In this document: positions 1 through 9,381 of the stretch, piece after piece
Position numbering within the stretch: the stretch's first letter is position 1
Layout: the number at the start of each line of letters is the position of its first letter
Assembly: GCA_030651575.1 (NCBI GenBank)
Contig: JAUSFB010000032.1
Span: forward strand, 1 to 24,000
DNA length: 24,000 nucleotides
Source: Phaeospirillum sp.
GTDB taxonomy: Bacteria; Pseudomonadota; Alphaproteobacteria; Rhodospirillales; Magnetospirillaceae
Direction of reading: 5' to 3'
Notes under the pieces: generated by a model
Told to the model about the DNA's origin: nothing
What the model saw: only the letters and a program-made list of their open reading frames with translations
The model's database searches: none
Translations under genes and position numbers: made by a program

Positions 1-58
1 CCCGGCGGGTCTGTTTCTTCTTTGTCGCGTACTCCAGTTCAGAAAAACTCGTTTGCAT
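1..58 (-). CDS. IS5-family transposase, first 19 codons only (gene runs off the left edge)
   Basis: Hand translation of the minus strand from the ATG at 58..56 gives MQTSFSELEYATKKKQTRR-. The opening pattern SF-x-[DE]-x-E-[YF]-x2-K-[KR]-[KR]-x-TRR is the typical N-terminus of IS5-group transposases (compare E. coli IS5 InsH QLTFADSEFSSKRRQTRKE). It is too short to appear in the ORF track. Confidence 0.5.
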   Translation of the reverse strand, partial: MQTSFSELEYATKKKQTRR

Positions 59-137
59 TGCCGATTCACCCCCGTCCGTTGCCTTGCCTGTATTTTCTCA
101 AGTTACGCCCCGATTGTGGGAATAAATCAGCGTTTCC
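1..137 (-). mobile_element. Partial IS5-family insertion sequence, transposase-proximal end. Proposed terminus is at 137.
   Basis: The transposase N-terminus lies at 58..1. The ~79-nt leader upstream of it ends, on the minus strand, with GGAAACGCTGATTTATTCCC (137..118), which opens with GGAA like the IS5 inverted repeat. The next 4 nt, CTAA (138-141), fit the IS5 YTAR target. The other end is outside the window, so neither the inverted repeat nor the target duplication can be confirmed. Confidence 0.35.
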
Positions 138-587
138 CTAATGGAAAATGGCGTGCTGCGGCAATTGCAATATCGCCGCGCGGTTGCTCGGCGAGAAAAC
201 TTTTTCTGCGGCATCCCGCCAAGCCAGCCACTGGAAGTTCAAATGTTCGTCCGGCGCGAGCCGGATGGCAACGGGGTGCGGCAGTTGCAGGCCGAACACA
301 TGCTCGGTGTTGTGTGTGGTGCCGGGGGCATAACGGTAGCGCCATTGCGGGTAAATCTCGTAGATGTTTTGCAACTGCCAGTCAGCCAGCGCGTATTGAC
401 GGGCGTCCAGCCCGGTCTCTTCGCGCACCTCGCGCTGCGCCGTCTCAACCAGTGTTTCTCCTGCTTCGCAACTGCCGGTAACGGATTGCCAGTAGCCGGG
501 ATGATCGGCGCGCTCCAGCAACAACACCTCCAGATCAGTGGTATGGATCACCACCAGCACCGAGACCGGCTGCTTATAGCCAGCCAT
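138..587 (-). CDS. nudB: Dihydroneopterin triphosphate diphosphatase (Nudix hydrolase NudB)
   Basis: 149-aa ORF. It has a Nudix box (GSCEAGETLVETAQREVREETGL) and NudB-specific blocks: KQPVSVLVVI, YWQSVTGS and RYAPGTTHNTEHVF, which are colinear with E. coli NudB. AGGAA lies 4 nt upstream of the ATG. Confidence 0.8.
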   Translation of the reverse strand: MAGYKQPVSVLVVIHTTDLEVLLLERADHPGYWQSVTGSCEAGETLVETAQREVREETGLDARQYALADWQLQNIYEIYPQWRYRYAPGTTHNTEHVFGLQLPHPVAIRLAPDEHLNFQWLAWRDAAEKVFSPSNRAAILQLPQHAIFH

Positions 588-591
588 ATAT

Positions 592-813
592 TCCTGACTT
601 CATTTCGAAGGCGAGGCAAGGCGGCGGCGAGTGAGCGACGCGGGCAGTGCTTGTGCCGTTCCGAGGCGGTGTGGGCGTAGCCCTCCGGTGCGGGAGGAAC
701 GGCCAAGTAACGGCTCCCGCAATCGGCTGGCTTTGCCAGTAACGTGTCGCCGTTACACGACTAGGAGCGAACGAAGAAGCCAACGCAGTATCGCCGATGA
801 AATGAAGTCAGGA
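592..813. repeat. 15-bp perfect inverted repeat (592-606 / 799-813) bracketing a GC-rich, hairpin-dense 192-nt non-coding spacer
   Basis: tcctgacttcatttc at 592-606 is the exact reverse complement of gaaatgaagtcagga at 799-813. Internal local hairpins, read on the minus strand, include gtaacg-gcgaca-cgttac, ctggc-aaa-gccag and cctcc-cgcacc-ggagg. No credible ORF is present. Confidence 0.7.
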
Positions 814-1206
814 GAAGAATATCCAAAAGGCTTTGTTGCGCTGCCGCCAATACACCACGGTGTCGGCCAAGATATCCTGCGCGATTTCCCTGTCGTTGGC
901 GGAAAGGCCGAGCGTATCGCTGGCATTGCGCAACAACAGCACATAGCCGACTTTCTCGCCGCACCAGGACAGATCGCACAACGCGTCGGCCAGCGCATCC
1001 CAGTTTGCGCCGAACCCGGATGGGAAATTGGCCGCTTGCGCAAGGGCATTAAGCAGGTTCTGCTTGCCCTTGACACCCTTGAGGTCGGCATCAAATAGCG
1101 CAAAACCGGCTTCACTGGCCGTGTTGCGCAATGTTTCAACGCTGCATTGCAGCGAATAGCTGCCCGCTGCTTCCCGATTATTCAGTTGCTGCGCCAGTGT
1201 GTCCAT
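808..1206 (-). CDS. Barstar-family ribonuclease inhibitor
   Basis: 132 aa from the ATG at 1206. GGAG lies 5 nt upstream, and the start is 2 nt after the RNase stop codon. The sequence has the barstar-like core LNALAQAANFPSGFGANWDALADALCDLSW. The 251-aa track ORF (808..1563) is an overlong 5' extension that overlaps the RNase gene. Confidence 0.8.
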   Translation of the reverse strand: MDTLAQQLNNREAAGSYSLQCSVETLRNTASEAGFALFDADLKGVKGKQNLLNALAQAANFPSGFGANWDALADALCDLSWCGEKVGYVLLLRNASDTLGLSANDREIAQDILADTVVYWRQRNKAFWIFFS

Positions 1207-1208
1207 GG

Positions 1209-1577
1209 CTACTCCAGAATGCGTTTGAAAGTTTTGTAATGATCGGCGGTGTAATAATACTCGTTTAGCTTGCCGCTGATAATACGGCGCGCACCGCGAT
1301 TGTGCGCATCGGGCGTTTTGACGGTGTATTCGCGATAATAGCCGCGCGCTTGTACTGGCAAGATGCGCTCGTAGTTCTTGAACACCACGCCGTCGCGCGG
1401 ATAGGCGAAGGGCCCGCCCTGTTTGATGGCGCGCAAGGTATCGCGTGCTTCGACGGGCAGATTGGCCACCGCAATGGCGGGCAAGCTTACCTGTCCGTCC
1501 CGGGCTGGCTGAGCGCCTTGAGATGCCAGAGGCAAACACAGCAGCGCCGCCAACACTATCCACAGCAAACGCAACAT
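1209..1577 (-). CDS. Secreted guanyl-specific ribonuclease of the microbial barnase / RNase Sa (N1/T1) superfamily
   Basis: 122 aa from the ATG at 1577. The N-terminal signal peptide is MLRLLWIVLAALLCLPLASQG. Family blocks present are LPVEARDTLRAIKQGGPFAYPRDGVVFKN, YYREYTV (catalytic Glu context), RGARRII and YYTADHY (catalytic His context). It is paired with barstar immediately downstream. Confidence 0.8.
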   Translation of the reverse strand: MLRLLWIVLAALLCLPLASQGAQPARDGQVSLPAIAVANLPVEARDTLRAIKQGGPFAYPRDGVVFKNYERILPVQARGYYREYTVKTPDAHNRGARRIISGKLNEYYYTADHYKTFKRILE

Positions 1578-1588
1578 GCGCAACACGA

Positions 1589-3388
1589 TTATTCCTTGGC
1601 GACTTCCACAGTGGCCTGCACCTGCTGGCGCAGGCGTATGTGCAGGTCGCGCAACTGGCGTTCGTCCACCGCGCTCGGCGCCTGGGTCAGCAGGCATTGT
1701 GCGCGCTGCGTCTTGGGGAAGGCGATCACGTCGCGGATCGATTCAGAACCGGTCATCATGGTGACGATGCGATCCAGCCCGAACGCCAGTCCGCCGTGCG
1801 GCGGCGCGCCATATTGCAGCGCGTCGAGCAGAAAGCCGAATTTGAGCTGCGCTTCTTCCGCGCCGATATTGAGCGCGCGGAACACCTGCGATTGCACCGC
1901 TTCCTTATGGATACGCACCGAGCCGCCGCCGAGTTCCGAGCCGTTCAACGCCAGGTCGTAGGCCTTTGCCAGGCATTTACCCGGATCGCTTTCCAGCATT
2001 GCGAGGTGTTCGTCCTTGGGCGCGGTGAACGGATGATGGCAGGCATTCCAGCGCTTGGCTTCCTCGTCGTATTCGAACATCGGGAAATCCACCACCCACA
2101 GCGGCTCCCATGCCTTGCCGTTGACGTAGCCCTTCTCGTGGCCGATCTTGCTGCGCAACGCGCCGATTGCATCGTTGACGATCTTCTCCTTGTCAGCGCC
2201 GAAGAAGATCAGGTCGCCGTTCTGCGCGCCGGTGCGTTCGACGATGGTCTTCAGCGCCGCCTCGTGGAGGTTTTTCACGATCGGCGATTGCAGGCCGGTC
2301 TCATTGAGCTGCGTCACGTCGTTGACCTTGATGTAGGCCAGCCCCTTTGCACCGTAAATCTTTGCGAATTCGGTATAGCCGTCGATCTCGCCACGGGTCA
2401 GGCTTGCCCCGTTGGGGATACGGAGCGCCGCCACGCGGCCCCCGCTAGTGGCAGGGCCGGAGAATACCTTGAACGCGACATCCTTCACCGCATCGGTGAC
2501 TTCGGTCAGCTCCAGCGTCACGCGCAGGTCCGGTTTGTCCGAGCCGAAGCGCGCCATCGCCTCCGCATAGGTCAGGCGCGGGAACGGGTTGGGCAGGTCG
2601 ACATCCAGCGACTCCTTGAACACGGTGCGGATCAGTTCTTCCATCAGCGCGGTGATCTGCGTCTCGGTCAGGAACGAAGTCTCGATATCGACCGGGGTGA
2701 ATTCCGGCTGGCGGTCGGCGCGCAAATCCTCGTCGCGAAAGCATTTGGTGATCTGGTAATAGCGGTCGAAGCCGGACACCATCAGCAACTGCTTGAACAG
2801 TTGCGGCGACTGCGGCAGCGCGAAGAACTCGCCCGGATGCACGCGCGACGGCACCAGGTAGTCGCGCGCGCCTTCCGGCGTGGACTTGGTCAGCATCGGC
2901 GTCTCGATGTCGATGAAGCCGCGGCTGTCGAGGAAACGGCGGAACGCCATCGCCACCTTGTAGCGCAGCATCAGGTTCTTCTGCATCTGCGGGCGGCGCA
3001 GGTCGATCACGCGATGGGTCAGGCGCACGTTCTCGGAGAGGTTCTCGTCGTCGAGCTGGAACGGTGGCGTCACCGACGTGTTCAGCACCTCGATCTCATG
3101 GCACAGAATCTCGATCTCGCCGCTGCCGATGTTGGCATTGGTCGTACCCGCCGGGCGGCGGCGCACCTTGCCGGTGACGCGCAGCACGAATTCGTTGCGC
3201 ACCGATTCGGCGATTTTGAACATCTCAGGGCGGTCCGGGTCGCAGACGATCTGTGCCAAGCCTTCGCGGTCGCGCAGATCGATGAAGATCACCCCGCCGT
3301 GGTCGCGGCGGCGGTGCGCCCAGCCGCACAGGCTGACGGTTTGGTCGAGTTGGTCGGTGTTGAGCAGTCCGCAATAATGAGTTCGCAT
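1589..3388 (-). CDS. aspS: Aspartate--tRNA ligase (bacterial type)
   Basis: 599-aa ORF with an N-terminal OB fold ([31 protein letters not shown]). Class II motifs are present ([15 protein letters not shown]; GGGSVRIH; [10 protein letters not shown]), as is the bacterial insertion domain. Confidence 0.97.
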   Translation of the reverse strand: MRTHYCGLLNTDQLDQTVSLCGWAHRRRDHGGVIFIDLRDREGLAQIVCDPDRPEMFKIAESVRNEFVLRVTGKVRRRPAGTTNANIGSGEIEILCHEIEVLNTSVTPPFQLDDENLSENVRLTHRVIDLRRPQMQKNLMLRYKVAMAFRRFLDSRGFIDIETPMLTKSTPEGARDYLVPSRVHPGEFFALPQSPQLFKQLLMVSGFDRYYQITKCFRDEDLRADRQPEFTPVDIETSFLTETQITALMEELIRTVFKESLDVDLPNPFPRLTYAEAMARFGSDKPDLRVTLELTEVTDAVKDVAFKVFSGPATSGGRVAALRIPNGASLTRGEIDGYTEFAKIYGAKGLAYIKVNDVTQLNETGLQSPIVKNLHEAALKTIVERTGAQNGDLIFFGADKEKIVNDAIGALRSKIGHEKGYVNGKAWEPLWVVDFPMFEYDEEAKRWNACHHPFTAPKDEHLAMLESDPGKCLAKAYDLALNGSELGGGSVRIHKEAVQSQVFRALNIGAEEAQLKFGFLLDALQYGAPPHGGLAFGLDRIVTMMTGSESIRDVIAFPKTQRAQCLLTQAPSAVDERQLRDLHIRLRQQVQATVEVAKE

Positions 3389-3426
3389 GGTTCGGTTTCT
3401 TGAAAAGTATTTTGGAAAATATAGGG

Positions 3427-4056
3427 TTAATTTGGCTGGGGAGCCTGGACGATGGCGCGTTGTTTCCCTGCTTCCTGATCCGCCACCACCCCCATCGAAA
3501 CGATGGTGCGCAATGCGATATCCACCGTCATGTCCAGTTCAATCGTATCGGCCTTGCGCACATAGAAATAGAAGCCGTTCACCGGGCTCGGCGTGGTGGG
3601 AATAAACACGGCGACATATTCCTCATCGAACCGGCCGGCTACCTCACGCGGAACGCTGGTCTGGAACGCCAGTGACCATGCTTGCGGGTGGGGATAACGC
3701 ACCAGCAGGACCTTGCGGAAGGAATTGCCGCTGCCGGACAGCAAGGTATCGCTGACCTGCTTGACGCCTTTATAGATGCTGCCGACAAACGGCACATGAA
3801 GCATCGCTTTTTCCGACGCATCCCAGAGCTTCTGGCCGAATACGTTGCGGATCAGCAGGCCGGTGAGCAGCACGACTCCCAGCGTCAGGATGATACCCAA
3901 GCCGGGGATATGAATACCCAACACTTTGTCCGGACGCCATTGCTCCGGCAACAACAGCAACGTCTGGTCCATCGTGCCAATAGTCAGATTCAGCACCCAG
4001 ATGGTAATACCGAGCGGAACCCAGACCAGCAGGCCTGTGATGAGGTATTTCTTCAT
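3427..4056 (-). CDS. DUF502 family inner-membrane protein
   Basis: 209 aa with two N-terminal TM segments ([18 protein letters not shown]; [18 protein letters not shown]). The conserved block is [21 protein letters not shown]. It sits next to aspS, as is common in Betaproteobacteria. Confidence 0.75.
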   Translation of the reverse strand: MKKYLITGLLVWVPLGITIWVLNLTIGTMDQTLLLLPEQWRPDKVLGIHIPGLGIILTLGVVLLTGLLIRNVFGQKLWDASEKAMLHVPFVGSIYKGVKQVSDTLLSGSGNSFRKVLLVRYPHPQAWSLAFQTSVPREVAGRFDEEYVAVFIPTTPSPVNGFYFYVRKADTIELDMTVDIALRTIVSMGVVADQEAGKQRAIVQAPQPN

Positions 4057-4059
4057 GCG

Positions 4060-4323
4060 TTAAGCGGCACCACTGGCCATCGGGCAGGAATCGGCACTGG
4101 CGCAGGGCGTCGCGCAAGCGGGTTCAGCCTTGGGCTGGCTGCCATTCTTGAAGTCGGTAGCGTAATAGCCGCTGCCCTTCAGCTGAAAACCGGCAGCAGT
4201 CAATTGCTTGGCGAAAGTGTCCTTGCCGCATTCAGGGCAGGTTGTGAGCGGCGCATCGCTCATTTTCTGCATCACATCCTTTTGCAAGCCGCAATCGCTG
4301 CACGCATAAGCATAAATAGGCAT
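4060..4323 (-). CDS. FmdB-family zinc-ribbon protein (CxxC...CxxC)
   Basis: 87 aa reading MPIYAYACSDCG...TCPECG...QLKGSGYYATDFK, which is the FmdB/CxxC_CxxC_SSSS signature. It has a Cys-rich C-terminal tail. Confidence 0.75.
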   Translation of the reverse strand: MPIYAYACSDCGLQKDVMQKMSDAPLTTCPECGKDTFAKQLTAAGFQLKGSGYYATDFKNGSQPKAEPACATPCASADSCPMASGAA

Positions 4324-4421
4324 AACGTCTTCCTATAGGGTTGTTTTCAAAGGCGCGCATTATACATTAGGGCGGCGGCTGAAACAGGGTATCCTTAGTG
4401 CGAATTGAGGCGCGAATTGGG

Positions 4422-4451
4422 TTGAGTATTCCACACACGGTAGTTTAGAAT
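4422..4451 (+). promoter_or_regulatory. Candidate sigma70 promoter for the mla operon
   Basis: TTGAGT (4422-4427), an 18-nt spacer, then TAGAAT (4446-4451), lying just upstream of mlaF. This is sequence match only. Confidence 0.25.
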
Positions 4452-4459
4452 GTGCCCTC

Positions 4460-5284
4460 TTGTTTATTGAGATTTCAATTTTGCCTCAGTCAAATTTAGT
4501 CGAGATTCGCGACCTTAATTTTACCTACGATAAGCGACCTGTCCTGCAGGGTATCAATATGGTTTTCCCGAAAGGAAAGTTGATCACTATCATGGGGTTG
4601 AGCGGTTGCGGCAAAACTACACTGCTGCGGATTATCGGCGGGGCGCTCAAGCCGGTTAAGGGATACGTCAAGGTGGACGGGCAGAATATTCACGAGCTGA
4701 ATCAGGATGGTTTGTATGACATACGCCGCAAAATGGGCATGCTGTTCCAGTTTGGCGCGCTGTTCACGGATATGTCGGTTTATGACAATGTGGCATTTCA
4801 GATGCGCGAGCATACCGACCTGCCCGAAGAGCTGATTCACGATCTGGTTTTGATGAAGCTGCACGCGGTCGGGTTGCGCGGCACGCATAACCTGATGCCT
4901 TCCGAGCTGTCAGGCGGGATGGCACGGCGCGTCGCACTGGCGCGCACGGTGGCGCTCGACCCGATGCTGATTATGTATGATGAGCCGTTTGCGGGGCTGG
5001 ATCCGATTTCGTTGACCGTGGTGGGCGACCTGATCCGCCGCCTGAATGACGCGCTGGGTGCGACCTCGATAGTGGTCACGCACGATGTGCAGGAATCGCT
5101 GAAGATCGTCGATTATGTCTATTTCATGGCTAACGGGGTGATCGTCGCGGAGGGTACACCGGATGAGATCCGCGCTTCCGACAAGGATTTTGTTCATCAG
5201 TTCGTGCATGGCGAGATGGATGGCCCGGTGCCATTCCATTATCCCGGCGGCAATTATCGCCAAGATTTGAATTTGCAAGCCTGA
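4460..5284 (+). CDS. mlaF: Phospholipid ABC transporter ATP-binding protein MlaF
   Basis: Walker A (GLSGCGKTT), ABC signature (LSGGMARR) and Walker B (LIMYDEP) are present, plus the MlaF-type tail DGPVPFHYPG. The start is uncertain and no in-frame ATG exists. The options are TTG at 4460 or TTG at 4481 (MPQSNLVEIR), and the latter matches MlaF N-termini and the predicted promoter better. Confidence 0.9.
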   Translation: MFIEISILPQSNLVEIRDLNFTYDKRPVLQGINMVFPKGKLITIMGLSGCGKTTLLRIIGGALKPVKGYVKVDGQNIHELNQDGLYDIRRKMGMLFQFGALFTDMSVYDNVAFQMREHTDLPEELIHDLVLMKLHAVGLRGTHNLMPSELSGGMARRVALARTVALDPMLIMYDEPFAGLDPISLTVVGDLIRRLNDALGATSIVVTHDVQESLKIVDYVYFMANGVIVAEGTPDEIRASDKDFVHQFVHGEMDGPVPFHYPGGNYRQDLNLQA

Positions 5285-5297
5285 GGAATTTTCGATT

Positions 5298-6086
5298 ATG
5301 CCGGCAGCCAAAACCATCAGAGCAATCGGGCATCGCACCATTAATGCGGTGTGGCGCATCGGGATGGCGACGCGCTTCTTTTTCCTTACCCTGATGTATT
5401 CGGGGAGCAGCTTCCGGCGTTTCCACCTGATTATCAAGGAGCTGTTTTCCACTGGCGTGATGTCCCTCATCATCATCGTGGTGGCTGGGCTGTTCGTCGG
5501 GATGGTGCTTGGTTTGCAAGGTTATGAGACGTTGAAGCGTTATGGTTCTGAATCCGCACTCGGCGTGATGGTGGCATTGGGCTTGGTGCGCGAACTGGGA
5601 CCGGTAGTCGCCGCACTGTTATTCGCCAGCCGTGCCGGCTCGGCGATGACGGCAGAAATCGGCTTGATGAAGGCGACCGAACAGATTTCGGCGATGGAAA
5701 TGATGGCGGTGCATCCGATCGCGCGCATCGTCGCACCGCGTTTCTGGGCTGGGATAATCTCCATGCCGCTACTGGCAGCCTTGTTCAGCGCAGTCGGGGT
5801 GTTCGGCGGCTATTTCGTCGGCGTGGTGCAAATCGGCGTGGACGAGGGCTCGTTCTGGGCGCAAATGCAGGCGGCCGTGGACTTCGAGCATGACATACTG
5901 AACGGTGTGATCAAGAGTTTTGTGTTTGGCACGGCGGTGACGGTGATCGCGCTATTCGAGGGCTATGACGCACCGCCGACCGCAGAAGGCGTATCCGGCG
6001 CGACGACGCGCACGGTGGTCACATCGTCATTGGTGATCTTGATGCTGGATTTTATTTTGACTGCAATGATGTTTGGAGGAAGTTAA
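5298..6086 (+). CDS. mlaE: Phospholipid ABC transporter permease MlaE
   Basis: 262-aa polytopic membrane protein. The MlaE/Ttg2B blocks are LVRELGPVVAALLFASRAGSAMTAEIGLMKATEQISAMEMMAV. It lies second in the mla gene order. Confidence 0.9.
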   Translation: MPAAKTIRAIGHRTINAVWRIGMATRFFFLTLMYSGSSFRRFHLIIKELFSTGVMSLIIIVVAGLFVGMVLGLQGYETLKRYGSESALGVMVALGLVRELGPVVAALLFASRAGSAMTAEIGLMKATEQISAMEMMAVHPIARIVAPRFWAGIISMPLLAALFSAVGVFGGYFVGVVQIGVDEGSFWAQMQAAVDFEHDILNGVIKSFVFGTAVTVIALFEGYDAPPTAEGVSGATTRTVVTSSLVILMLDFILTAMMFGGS

Positions 6087-6089
6087 GCT

Positions 6090-6554
6090 ATGGAACGTAC
6101 CGGAATAGATTTATGGGTTGGAATGTTCGTGGTGGCGGGTGTTGCCGCACTGGTGATGCTGGCGATGAAAGTCGGGAACCTGGGCACTTATAACGTGTCC
6201 GATGCCTATCAGATTCATGCCTATTTCGCCAACATTGGCGGCCTGAAGGCCACCGCTTCAATTAAAAGTGCCGGTGTACTGGTTGGGCGCGTTGAATCGA
6301 TTTCGCTGGATACTCAACGCTATGAGGCGAAAGTGGTGATGAACATCGACAAACGTTACCAATTCTCCAGGGATACGATCGGCAAAATCCTGACTTCGGG
6401 TTTGCTGGGAGAGCAATACATCGGCCTGGATGTCGGCGGTGACACGGAAATGTTGAAGCACGGCGAACAATTGAAAAAAACGCAATCTGCAATGGTATTG
6501 GAAGACTTGATCGGCAAGTTCATGTACAGTAAAGCCGAAGAACCCGCCAAGTAA
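6090..6554 (+). CDS. mlaD: MCE-domain phospholipid-binding protein MlaD
   Basis: 154 aa with a single N-terminal TM segment followed by an MCE domain (GGLKATASIKSAGVLVGRVESISLD...). Confidence 0.85.
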   Translation: MERTGIDLWVGMFVVAGVAALVMLAMKVGNLGTYNVSDAYQIHAYFANIGGLKATASIKSAGVLVGRVESISLDTQRYEAKVVMNIDKRYQFSRDTIGKILTSGLLGEQYIGLDVGGDTEMLKHGEQLKKTQSAMVLEDLIGKFMYSKAEEPAK

Positions 6555-6591
6555 TCCCGGTTAAATAACGAATAATGGAGGAATGCTAAAA

Positions 6592-7215
6592 ATGAGGAAT
6601 TTGTTTAAGGTTGTTGTGGGCTTGCTGTGTTTTGTCAGCGTTGCGCAAGCTGAGGTAATCGCGCCGGATGTATTAATCAAGACTACTGTGGATGAAGTCC
6701 TCGCTATTGTTAAGCAAGACAAGGACATTCGAGCCGGCAATCAGAAGAAGATTCTGGAGATGGTCGAATCAAAAGTGTTACCACATTTCGATTTTGTGCA
6801 TATGACACGACTGTCTGTAGGCAAGTCCTGGCGTACCGCAACTCCAGAGCAAAAGCAGGCATTGTCAGCAGAATTCCGGAACATGCTGGTGCGCACTTAC
6901 ACCAAGGCCTTTACCGTGTACCGTGACCAGACAGTAGAAATAAAGCCGTTAAAGATGGCTGCTGACGCAACCGAGGTTACGGTCAAGACCAGCATCAACA
7001 AACCGGGGGCGTCGCCGATTCCAGTCAATTATGAAATGGAAAAAGGCCCCGATACATGGAAGGTTTTCGATTTGACCATAGAAGGCGTGAGCCTGGTGAC
7101 CAGTTATCGCGGCACGTTCTCCACGGAAATCCAGGAAAAAGGCATTGATGGCCTGATCAAAACCCTGGCCGATAAAAACAGGAACGCAGCGCTGCAAACG
7201 GCGGATGCAAAGTGA
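6592..7215 (+). CDS. mlaC: Periplasmic phospholipid-binding protein MlaC (Ttg2D/toluene-tolerance family)
   Basis: The signal peptide is MRNLFKVVVGLLCFVSVAQA. Ttg2D blocks present are LPHFDFVHMTRLSVGKSWR, F..MLVRTYTKAF and WKVFDLTIEGVSLV. I prefer the ATG at 6592, which is 9 nt after GGAGGA at 6577-6582. The ATG at 6583 used by the track abuts the SD directly. Confidence 0.85.
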   Translation: MRNLFKVVVGLLCFVSVAQAEVIAPDVLIKTTVDEVLAIVKQDKDIRAGNQKKILEMVESKVLPHFDFVHMTRLSVGKSWRTATPEQKQALSAEFRNMLVRTYTKAFTVYRDQTVEIKPLKMAADATEVTVKTSINKPGASPIPVNYEMEKGPDTWKVFDLTIEGVSLVTSYRGTFSTEIQEKGIDGLIKTLADKNRNAALQTADAK

Positions 7216-7499
7216 TTACACGCGAAGGCGACAGGCTGATGGTGCATGGCCGGTTGACCATTTCAACCGTGCCTGCCCTGTTTGAAGCCGGTTTGCAACA
7301 CTTGAGCAGCGGAAACTTTCTGGTGGATTTTTCAAAAGTTGAAGCCGTCGACTCCGCCGCAGTCAGCTTGTTGCTGGGTTGGGCAAGAGCTACCAAGCGG
7401 AAAGAACATAATCTGCGCGTGTCGGGATTGCCCGATGATTTGCTGAGCCTGGCGCGTTTATACGGTGTATCCGATCTGCTGCCGCAACAATCCACTTGA
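7212..7499 (+). CDS. mlaB: STAS-domain protein MlaB
   Basis: 95 aa. The GTG start overlaps the mlaC stop (GTGA). The pattern is STAS/anti-sigma-antagonist-like (VDFSKVEAVDSAAVSLLLGW). It lies fifth in the mla order. Confidence 0.75.
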   Translation: MITREGDRLMVHGRLTISTVPALFEAGLQHLSSGNFLVDFSKVEAVDSAAVSLLLGWARATKRKEHNLRVSGLPDDLLSLARLYGVSDLLPQQST

Positions 7500-7583
7500 T
7501 CGCCTTTGGCGCGCAGCACGCTCAGCGCCGCGCGCAACCCCTGATGGCTTTTAAATCATGCGCAGCTTTTGGCAAGACGCGCC

Positions 7584-7741
7584 TTTGCAAACAGGTGCAT
7601 TTGAAAGTGTTAGTAATTCTATCGGTAGCGTGCGCTGTGCGCACGGTTTTGGGTTGTGTTGTCGTGCGCACAGCGCACGCTACGCGCTAATCCGACACAG
7701 GTTAGCAATCGACCGACACTTTTAAATGCACTCTTTGCAAA
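7584..7741. repeat. Nested palindromic intergenic element (~158 bp)
   Basis: The inner stem is a perfect 21-bp inverted repeat, 7625-7645 against 7663-7683, with a 17-nt loop. The outer stem pairs 7595-7610 with 7716-7731 at 15 of 16 positions, and the one mismatch is G:T. The self-complementary octamer TTTGCAAA at 7584-7591 and 7734-7741 extends it further. All pairings were checked base by base. Confidence 0.75.
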
Positions 7742-7775
7742 CCGTATTCCCCGATTGTAAACAACAGGATTGGTA

Positions 7776-9273
<1,498 letters not shown>

Positions 9274-9381
9274 CAAACTGCATGGATGTCGCCCTGAAAG
9301 CTAAACTTGCAGCCACCGGATATTGATGACGGCAGTCAGGCAATTCAGTTTCTCTCAAGCCGAGTATGAAAACAAAAGAAA

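Noticed and set aside
592-813. Possibility that the structured spacer is 6S RNA, a tRNA, tmRNA, RNase P RNA or a riboswitch
   Set aside because: The long closing helix is superficially like 6S RNA. However, I could not recognise any conserved core of 6S, tRNA (no T-loop GTTCGAATC-type motif), tmRNA, RNase P or common riboswitches. It is left as an unassigned structured element.
1445-3403. 652-aa ORF on the + strand
   Set aside because: It is entirely antisense to the unmistakable aspS gene. Its low-complexity Arg/Ala/Leu-rich translation has no recognisable motifs, so it is a GC-driven shadow ORF.
7508-7529. GC-rich dyad ggcgc-N12-gcgcc just after the mlaB stop, considered as an intrinsic terminator
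   Set aside because: The stem is only 5 bp, the loop is large and no following T-tract is present.
7496-7690. 64-aa ORF between mlaB and ibaG
   Set aside because: It runs through the nested palindrome, has no ribosome-binding site and no family resemblance, and its sequence is dictated by the repeat arms.
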